From NCBI GenBank assembly GCA_030704615.1, contig CM060731.1, forward strand, positions 95,170,001 through 95,234,000: a DNA stretch of 64,000 nt. Direction: 5' to 3'. The notes under the pieces are model-generated. The model saw only the letters and a program-made list of their open reading frames with translations. It had not been told where the DNA came from and ran no database searches. Position numbers and translations under genes: made by a program. Source of the stretch: Takakia lepidozioides (lineage: Eukaryota; Plantae; Bryophyta). Shown piece after piece: positions 46,401 through 56,500 of the stretch (position 1 is its first letter; the number at the start of each line of letters is the position of its first letter).

Positions 46401-49400
46401 CCCTGCTCTAATCCCACCCATTGACTGCCTCAAACATAGATCCGGCCAACTACTCACCACCCCCGATGACATAAAAAATGAAATATGGATTCAAGCCTCA
46501 TCCTCCTACACTCCCACCACTACGAACTGCCTGCACCCTACCTTACACACCCCTGACTGCGTGTGTAAAGTCCGTCACTACCCCTGGCACGACTTAGACG
46601 GCTTTTCACTGGAGAACCGTGGTTCTCCATCAGACCTCATCCATGACGCCTTCACTCTTGATATTTTGAATCCTGCCTCAAAGTTCTTCCCAAAGCCAAA
46701 GCCCCTGGCCCCGATTTGATTCCAAATGCTATTCTACAAGCTCTCGACCCTGTACTTTACCTCCTCCTCTTCAAATTCTTTAAACTTTGCTACCAACTCC
46801 GCCAGATCCCGCACACATGGAAGCAGAGCCGCACCATTCTCCTCTTCAAGAAAGATGACCCTACGGATCTTAGCAACCACAGACCCATTGCTCTCACTAA
46901 CACTATCTATAAACTATTTACCAGCACATTTACTAAGATGTTGTCCAACCATGGTGAACACCACCGTATTCTTAGCGACCCGCAAGAAGGCTTCCGCACC
47001 ACACGTAGCACTACCAGACAGATACAATATGTGTTATCCGTCCTAGAGGACGCCAAACTCACAAAACAAGATATATATCTCCTATATATCGACTTCAAAA
47101 ATGCTTTCGGCTCCTTAGACCACCCGCGTCTACTCGCCATTATGACGGACCTAGGCTACCCATCAGACGCCATACAACTCATCGGCAATATTTACACTAA
47201 CAGCTCCACGGAATATACAGGCTCATATTATGGTTCCACCCCTCCCATCCCGATTCTACGAGGTACTATCCAAGGCGACACACTTAGTCCGTATCTCTTT
47301 ATCATCTTCCTTGAACCCTGCTCAGATGGATCGCACGTGGCAAACTTGGATACCAATACAAAACTTTCTCAAACGAAATCTCTGTTGCTGCTTACGCGGA
47401 TGACCTTGCCATCCTTGCGCACAAACCCCAACACCTCAACCGGCAAGTTGAAAAACTATCCCGCTTTAACCAATGGTCTTGTCTTCATAAATGCGCCGTC
47501 ACCGTGGCTACCCACCGCAGTAAGCTCACCAAATCTTCTATTGCGTCACACTGCAAACTATACATCCAATACCAGAACAAACCATTTCCTTTCCTATGCC
47601 CTGATGAACCCTACACATACTTAGGTATTCAACTTGTCCCCTTGCTCACATGGCACGTATAGAAAATCGCTACACTCACCAAACTAACTAATAAAAGCCT
47701 GGCTCTCCTCAAAACCCCCATAGCCATCAGGCCCAAGCTCTCCCTCATAGAATCCGTCCTAAAACCACAGGTCCAATACTCCTTCCATGCGGCCCCCTTC
47801 TCCCTCCCAATCGACAGACAAATTATCCAACTCACTAAGTGCATTTGTGGACTCCCAACTAACACTCCCAATGCTTTCATTCAACTCCCCACGGATAGCT
47901 TTGGCATATACTAGTCCCCTTCCCTAGCTTAATCTCATACTCGCGCACTCTTGGCTCCCAATTACTCGAAGCCCTCAACGACCCGGGTCCGTGGGCTACT
48001 TAAACACCTTGCCTCTAAGTATAATGGACTTCACTCACTACTAGACATAATCCCCCCCTCCCCCCCGCCGTGTTCTCCGAGTTTTAGTGCCAATCCTAAC
48101 AACTCCACCGCCTTCATTCTTGAAAACATTCTCGGGGTCAGAACCCAAACATCAACTGACGTTTTGACGCTACATGTCTGGATACGTACTACCTTTGCAA
48201 ATGGGCCGGTTTTTCCTCAGATGACAACACTTGGCAAATTGAGGACGACCTCTTTGGTTCACACGATGACTGTGACCCCATCCACAACCTCGCCCTCCTT
48301 ACTGCGTTCCATAAACGTACCAACATTAACTACCTAACACACACTCACCAGTAACATGTCTCTCAGGCACAACTCATAGATGTCCGCAACATTCCCTACC
48401 CACTCGCCATTCCTCACATTCACATCAACACTACCGAATGTAACCCTAATAAAGACATTGCCCACGACTCCCCCCTTAATCTATCAATGCCCTTGGTGGT
48501 CAAAAATCTACGCCCACAACGGCCGATACATTGGCCTCATCCCCAATGATCGGCTAGCATGGCTCTGGCATAAATACTCTACTCCTAACGTACATGCATC
48601 TCAGATAGTGCCACACAGACAGGATTTCGCTACTGAATTTTTCTGGCTATTAGACCGCTATCTTAAGGATATCCCCTCCAATAAACCTCGCGTCCAATCC
48701 AAGTTAACTCAAGCAGACACTCACAGTACTATCCCCAGAGAGTTGTCTAGCTTTCTTATCTCCTCCTTCCAACTTACTCACTCCTACTACTCTAGCCCAC
48801 TCACATGCCTAATGGAACTTGCCTCATATGCTAGCCCACACCATAGGGACTGCATCTTTGGCGCCACTGGTCTAGCCACCCAACACAGATGGTCCGGTCG
48901 TGGCTTTGCTCACCCTCCTGACTCCCATATACAAGAAGCCTCCAATGGGCTCGCACTGCTGCCCACTCCTCCCCCTCTGCCTGTACTATTCTCATACTTA
49001 CACAGCAAAGGCCTCCAGACAACCCCAACCCTCTCCTACAACTCCCCCATGGCGTCATCTTCCTAGCCACCTTTGAACCTAACCAGCTCCTATACGCACA
49101 CTACCCCCCCTTCCCCAAATACCTCCGACGCGTAGAACCCACCACTACGTCACTACTACTCGTCCAACACACCCATCCCACCTCGCGCTAATTACCCTCC
49201 CCTCTAACTTACACCACTTACTGGCACGCACATGGGGGATGAAAGTATCCATTACCCCCAACACACTCCCTCTCCCATCTACATCTTGCTCCTCACCCAC
49301 CCTGTTTCCCAGAGTCAACCCAAGCAAGGCCTAGATAAGGGCAATGCCGCGCCCTCTTCCTGCCCCTCTCCCGCCCCCTACTGACCCACCGGTCTCACAT

Positions 49401-50997
49401 CTACGTATGCCGCTCAAATTCTCGCCCTCACACTCCCACTATACAGATGGATCCCAATCTGGCTCTAACGCTGGCTACGGTGTCTATCACGCTACTAATA
49501 ACCGTGGGGTAGCACTTAGACTTCCAGGCCCAGCCACTATACTATGCGCTGAGCTTATGGCAATCTTTGAAGCACTCTCCAAGATGCCCTCCTTCTCCTC
49601 CCCATACTACATTTTCACAGACAGCCTTACCTCACTATTTCTCCTTCGCAACCACCTTTCAAGCCCCTCCTGCCACCTTCATCACCCAGACCGGAACCTC
49701 ATTGCAGCTATCATCCACCGGGCAGCTTCCATTAATCACCCCATACACTTCCTCAAAGTGCGCTCCCACACTGGCATCACCGGTAACGAAAACGCAGATC
49801 TCCTCGCTCAGGTAGGGGCCGCCCAACCCTCACTAGCTCCCACGGCCGACCCCATTCATATCACCCACACTCACCCATTCTAGCTAATTCACCCAGTACC
49901 AGGACCCCCAACTACCAAGCCCATACGTAACCTAAAATCCACTCTCACACGTGAAGCCCACAAACAAGCCTCGGCCTCTACTAGCCATACCAAAGCCCAT
50001 ATCCAAAAATGGACACAATCCATAGTTCTTCACCACAAATTGTCAAACCACTTCTGGCACATAAAGACTATCACCGACGCGCAACTCCGACAAACACTCA
50101 AATTTCGATACGCCCAATACATGGGACACCAACGCAAACACAACTTCTGGCCTCGCCAATTCCCATCCCCCAACTGCCCATTATGCTCACATACACATGT
50201 AGTACGTGACACCTGGCCCCACCTCCTCAGTCAATGTATTCACCCCGTTATACATGGTCTCCGTGTTACTTGCCATAATCACGCAGTGTGGCACATCCAT
50301 AAACTTCTCATGTCCAGATCAAAAACCAGATGGTTCTCACTCATCAATGCTGGTACCTATCAAGGCAGACCCCCTGACCACACAGTCCCTCACTGGCTAC
50401 TCCCGTGTAGTTGTCTTCATTCACCCTGTACCTGTCCCTCTCGTCTCTGCCCGGACATCCTACTTGTCCACGGCTTACCCATCAATGCCCCCCTACCCAT
50501 TTCCCCCTCCCCGGAGCTAACCATGCACGTCGTTGAATTCACATACTGTCACAACCGATACCCAGCCCCCTCCACCCTAGAAAAACAACAAAAATATGCC
50601 CCCCTCATCCTCACCATCCGCCAGCGTGGGTGGCACACCGGCCCCCTATCAGTTATCACAGCTGGTACTAGAGGTGGAATTCATACCACCAGCATAAATG
50701 CATTACACGACAATCTTAAAATCCCTATCCCCCCGATCCACAAATGCTTTAAAGCCATCCACCTCACTGCGCTCCGCTCCCTCACTGCCATCATCACCAT
50801 AAGCGACAACTTGAGTCCAACCCCTCTTCGGCGCCCCCGGGTACCATAGGTACCCTCGGTACCACTACCCTATTTACTACCTCGTCCTGGTTACCCGGTG
50901 TCTCCTGGACACCTGTTCTCTTTATAGGGCCCACCCCCGAAAGGGGGCAGTAGCCGTCAGGTGAAGTGGCTCTTAGTTACGCCGGCCTTGGCCGGAG

Positions 50998-51029
<32 letters not shown>
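43440..51029 (+). mobile_element. Dualen/RandI-like non-LTR retrotransposon (APE + RT + RNase H + RLE), multiply frameshifted; boundaries approximate
   Basis: APE: ITWNV, LLQETK, GGVAI, LAGDFN and SDH (45694). RT: HRPIAL, QEGFR, DFKNAF, QGDTLSP, YADD (47393) and YTYLG. RNase H: YTDGS, AELMAI, FTDSL and KVRSHTGITGNE. CCHC plus RLE: CPLC..HLLSQC, PDILLV, VEFTYC and KQQKY. Strong C-rich strand bias, and a (TC)n run at 50999-51029. Confidence 0.88.
44488..44935. repeat. Three ~152-bp tandem copies encoding a Pro-rich linker upstream of APE
   Basis: ctaaaggcaataacccccctccctggat...cgcctacaatctaagtac at 44488, 44642 and ~44793. Confidence 0.9.
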
Positions 51030-51031
<2 letters not shown>

Positions 51032-51059
51032 AGCGACGGTCTATGGCGACGACTCTGGT

Positions 51060-51371
51060 CATGTGGGATGTGTGATTGAAATTAACCAACGTGAAGCCAC
51101 AATCATCTTCCTTCATTGATCTGGGTTGACGACCCACATTTTGGGCCCCTATCCAGGAGCACAAAAACACTACAGGCCGTGTAGTGCCATAGTCATTTGC
51201 TAAATCTCCCTGATAAGACCCATATACCGTACAAATTATGTCTCATACTTGAAAACTGATGAGACTCCACAATCAAAGGATGCTATACTCGATGTGTTCA
51301 TGCCTGGGGATGTAGCCCTGTAATGGTTGTCATATGCTGACATACTCTTGTATGTCAAGGCATAATATGAT
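51060..51371 (-). pseudogene. Fragment of a CACTA/En-Spm transposase-region gene (DUF4216-like)
   Basis: YKSMSAYDNHYR...SFDCGV...YMGLIREI...DYGTTRPVVFLCSWI...EDDCGFTLVNF, with stops and a frameshift. Confidence 0.65.
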
Positions 51372-51381
51372 CACTACAAGA

Positions 51382-51417
<36 letters not shown>

Positions 51418-51840
51418 AGCGACACCCTGACGTCGCTAAATCGCCATTTTGGGGCAGGGTGAAAACCCCATTTTGCGACACCCGGGCGTCGGAGCACTGT
51501 CGCAGGGGCATGGCAAGAATAACATCGCTATTATCCGACGGATGGGGGTCGCTAAGCACCGCCACACCACACCCCCCCCCCCCCCCCCCCGGCGATACCC
51601 CGACGTCACTTTAAGGCGATCCACAGTGCTGGCAGGGCCTCCTGCTAGCGACACCTTGCCGTCGCTGCCTTCCAGCCGGCGGCATGTGTGGGGCGACGGC
51701 GCGACGTCGTTGATAGTTTTTTCTTGGAAATGCCCGGAGGTGCCTCAAAAAATTGAGACACGTGGCACCATGGGGCGTTTCTAGGACCCCCATACGTCAA
51801 CATTAAATAATAAAAATAATAAAAAATAATAAAATTTTAA

Positions 51841-51880
<40 letters not shown>

Positions 51881-51920
51881 GTCGCACACAGCCACGCTGC
51901 GCCGTCGGTTGCAGCGACCC
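51372..51920. mobile_element. Left end of a CACTA element (TIR plus subterminal palindromic repeats), interrupted by the LTR element and continuing at ~59571-59650
   Basis: Begins CACTACAAGAAACAGGGG..., followed by repeated GCGAC-N8-GTCG(C) motifs. Confidence 0.75.
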
Positions 51921-52638
51921 TCTTGCGCACCTCACTTCGGTAAACTTCCCTTCACGTCATAGTTACTTGCGCGCGCCTAACTCCCAAACCGACCGCCGGG
52001 CCAACTCGGAGCTTCGGCTGCTCACTGGGGCATAACGGTCCCCCTCACACTCCCACTCGACCCTCGACCTGTCGGGCTCAGTGGAAATTCCCTTCAGTAG
52101 ATGGCAGTCCGGAACAGCTCCCCACACCTTGGTCGCTTTCCGGCTCGCACGCTTACTCACTAGTTTTTGGTCACCAACGGGCTTGCACCGTTCTCGGGGT
52201 TACTACTCCTTATATATACTTCTGTAGGTGTCTGCAGGGGTTCCACAAGTAGCACGGTCCAAATCTGGTGCACCACCACTTAGACCCTCGATCGTCCCAG
52301 TGGTGAGCCGTGGTGAGTCTTGGCCCACCCACCACGGCCCCAATGGACCGTGGTGAGTCCCAAGACTCCCCATGACTCCCACCACAAGGCCTCAGCCTCA
52401 AGATGAGTCCTATGCCACCCCCACTACGACTCCCTACGCTACCACCACCCCTCGTGGAGCCCCCACCACCGCCACCCAGTTTGCAGGGCTCCACCTAGTG
52501 AGCGCCACCGCCTCCTTGAGTGCCATCGGCACTCAAGGGTGCTTCAGCCCCCTTTCCTATTTGCTGCCATTGCCCCCACCATAGGGGCAGCCCCTCTTGC
52601 GTCCCGACCCCCCGCCCTCAAGGCAAAGGGCCGCGACA
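51921..52638 (-). repeat. 3' LTR of the chromovirus
   Basis: Aligns end to end with 58841-59565. On the minus strand it is preceded by the purine tract ggtaggggtgtg (~52639-52650). Confidence 0.92.
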
Positions 52639-53545
52639 CACACCCCTACCAATGAGGAGTCGATGTCCTCATCGACTTGTCCCTTTTTGTGAAAACTAAC
52701 ATCCAAGTTGTGGCGTCCCAAATCAAGGAGTTTGTTTCCGTACCATGGCGTCCCATGGCAAAGAACCAAACCCCCACTTGACTCTACTCTCCACTAGCTA
52801 GTTCTGCCGACTTCCTCCAAGTCCCGGCCAAGGGTGGAGCCTCTCAAGCTCCACCCAGTGCACTCTTCTTGGCCCACTTCAAGGCCAAGGAACGATCCTC
52901 CCCGAGGATCGAATCGCCTTACTGCAACAACATTGCTTGCGACCGCTCATGATGCCAATTTTTGGCATCACCTTGAGCAAGGATTCACTTTAAACCCTTT
53001 TTGACTAGGAAGATAACCTTGAATCAACCGTGCGCCCCAATCACTACAATTAGGTCCGCCTTGGAATGCTGGCCTGAGGTACGGGAACACGCCGAAGCCG
53101 CACTACGACTTCATCCCGAGGCTACACGATTATAGTATGTGAACGGAAACACGTAGCTTCCATGTTAGCCCGCACTACAAGGCAACCCCCGCGGTAGCGC
53201 AGTTATAGTACACGCACGCGCCAGGTGCGCACTAGCACGTGAACTCCCAAAGAAAGGCGCAAGTTTCCTTGCCCTTTGGACGGGAGTCACCTGATTTCGG
53301 CACTGCGCAAACACACGATTAATTCAATTTATCTCTCCCACTTTTGTAAGCTAGCATGCATTCTACACACTAGCCAACCATACCATGCATCACCATTCCA
53401 AATAAAATAGGAAGCACAACATTTGGAAACCATTCATTTATAAACAAGATTTGTGCAACACAAGTCTTTGCAATCGGATTCCTGAGCTAGCTAAGCCGGA
53501 CTAAGCATGCATTTCCTCCCCCACAATCCAAGGTTGATGTCCCCA

Positions 53546-56500
53546 TCAACGCTTCTTCCGCTTTTGAGGTCGCTCTTCGAAAGCTGCAACTGCCTCGGAT
53601 GCGTTTCCCATTTCTGAGGCACGCACCCAAGTTGCGTCCACTTGATGATAGCCCTTCCATTTCACGAGATACTCTGTTTCTCGATTCGTGAACCTCCTCG
53701 ATTTAAGCACTGCCTCCACCTCGTACTCAGGTTCATTTTCATGATCCAACAGTACAGGTGGCGGACGCAACACTTGATGCCGATTCAAACGCCCTTCATC
53801 TTTGAAGTAAGGCTTCAAAAAGGAAACATGGAATACTGGATGCACCTTGCTGTTTGCCGGCAGCTCCAATTCATACACATCCTCATTCATAACCTTCTGG
53901 ATGCGAAAGCACCCCGCATACGGTCGGACTCACTTCCGGAGGTAGTCAAAAATTCTTGATGTTCAACTAGACCTCCATGCCTGCCTCAAACTTAACTTCC
54001 CTCCGCTTCCGATTCGCTTTTCGTTCGTACCGTTTCCTAGCTTTGGCAATGTTGTACTTTGCAAGCTCCAACAAACGCTCGCATTCTTCCAGCACCGTTT
54101 GTCGCGGCCCTTTGCCTTGAGGGCAGGGGGTCGGGACACATGAGGGGCTGCCCCTGTAGTGGGGGCATCGGCAGCGATAGGTATGGGGGGCTGAAGCACC
54201 CTTGAGTGCCCAAGACACTCAAGGAGGCGGAGGCGCTCACTAGGTGGAGCCCCGCACACCGGGTTGCGGTGGGGGTGGCTCCACAAGGGGTGGTGGTAGC
54301 TTAGCGGGACTTAGTGGGGGTGGCATAGGACTCACCATGGGGGCGGAGACCTCGTGGTGGGAGTCGTGGGGAGCCTTGGGACTCATCACGGTCCATAGGG
54401 GCCGTGATGAGTGGGCCAAGACTCACCGCGACTCATCACCGGGAGTCGAGGGTTTTCGTGGTGGTTCGCCATAAAATGGCATGGCTGGTTATGAAACCCC
54501 CGCGGACAGCTACAGAAGTATATATATGGAGTAGTAACCCCGAGAACGGTGCAAGCCCGTTGGTGACCAAAAACTAGTGAGTAAGCGAAGGAGCCGGAAA
54601 GCGACCAAAGAGTGGGGAGCTGTTCCGGACTGCCATCTACCAAAGGGAATTCTCCTAGTCCCAAATAGGTGGAGGGTTTAGAGGGAAGCGAAGGGGGACC
54701 GTTATGTCCCGGTGAGCAGCCGAAGCTCCAAGTTGGCCCGGGCGGCCAGGTTAGGAGTCAGGCGCGCGCATCAAAGCGAGTAACTATGACTTGAAGGGGA
54801 GCTTACCGAAGTGAGGTGCGCGACACCGTTGCTGCTGCCGGTTCCTCACCGTCTTGGGTGGCCCAACTTGTCGGCACCAGAGGTGCTTTTCCATAGACCA
54901 ATACAAAGGGGGAAACTCCCGTTGCGGAGTGTTTTGTGTTATTATAACAGAACTCTGCCGCATCCAAGTGCTCCACCCAGTCCGACTGGTCTGCCGACAC
55001 ATAAAGATCTGCTTCACCACGGAGTTCACTCTTTCCGTTTGGCCGTCCGTTGTAGGTCAGAAGGCCGTGCTCATCTTGAGCCTCATCCCCATTTTCTTCT
55101 AAAGTGCCCTCCATAATTTACTTGTAAACTTTGGATCGCGGTCTGAGACCATATCCTTCGGGAGTCCATGATGCTTGAAGACGTGGGCGAAGTAAAGTCG
55201 CCCCATCTCCTGCGCCGTTGCCGTCTCCTTGGTGGGGATGAAATGGCCCATTTTACTGAACCTATCCACCACCACCATGATTGCATCGAATCCTTTTGAC
55301 AACGGCATAGCAGTCATGAAATCCATCGAGACACTTTCCCAAGACCCCTTTGGAATCGGCAAGGGTTGTAACAGCCCCGCTTGCTTTTTGTACTCGCTCC
55401 GGTTTTGTTGGCATGTGGTGCATGTCTTGACATACTCCTCTGCCTCCTCCCTCAGTTTGGGCTAGAAATACTCTTTCTTCATGAGTGCCGCGGTGCGCTT
55501 GGCTCCGTCGGGGCACGCAAGCGGGCCATCATGGCATTCTCTCAAGAGACTATCTCTGATCCCTCCCTTTGGCACATAGAGATGCTTTTGCTTGTACCGG
55601 AGCAGTCCATTGTGCAAGTGGAACTGCGATTTAACCCCCAACCTCAAGTCCTGCATCACGGACTTTGCCATTTCATCCTTCCGGTAAGCCTTCCGGATCT
55701 TCCTTTGGAGCGCCGTCTCGCCCCTGTACACCAACATGAACTACTGTTTTCTACTTAACGCATCGGCCACCACATTGCCCCATCCTGGTTTGTACTGGAT
55801 ATCCACGTCAAACACTGCCAAAGTGTCTTGCCACCTAAGTTGTTTTGGGGACAACTTAGGCTGTGTGGCAAAATACTTCACCGTGACATTGTCCGTGAAC
55901 ACCTTCACCGGGTTGGAACCAACATAGTGGCGACAAAGCTCAAGGCAATGCACCACCACCTTCATTTCTTTCTCGTGCGTAGGTCACCGTCGCTCCATTT
56001 CATTCAGTTTCTTACTTTTGTAAGCCAGTGGACGTCCATCTTGCATGAGCACACCCCCGATTGCGAAGTCCGACGCATCTGTATGAATCTCAAATGGACG
56101 GTCAAACTCTGGGATTTTCAAGACTGGAGCTTCCGCCATCCGCTGCTTCAACTCGGCAAAAGCTTGGCCACAAAAGGTATTCCATACCCATACCTTGGAA
56201 TTACACAGAAGGTCTGACATCGGCCCCGCGATCTTGGCGAAATTTCTCACATACTTTCAGTAATAGGAGGCGAGTCATAGGAAGGATCGCACTCCCGGGA
56301 CCGAAGTCGGAGGTTCCCAGTCCAAGATTGCCCTCACCTTTCTGTCATCCATTTTGATCCCCTCCTGTGTAATCACATGCCCTAGGAACTCTACTTTTGT
56401 GACCCCGAATTCGCACTTTGAAGCTTTGGCATACAGCTTCCCTTCCCGCAATTTCTGGAACACCCTTTTGAGGTGCTCCAGGTGCTCTTCCTTCGTTTTC

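Noticed and set aside
52900-53350. Hammerhead ribozyme / retrozyme in the chromovirus 3' region
   Set aside because: I could not find a CUGANGA...GAAA core with compatible stems on either strand.
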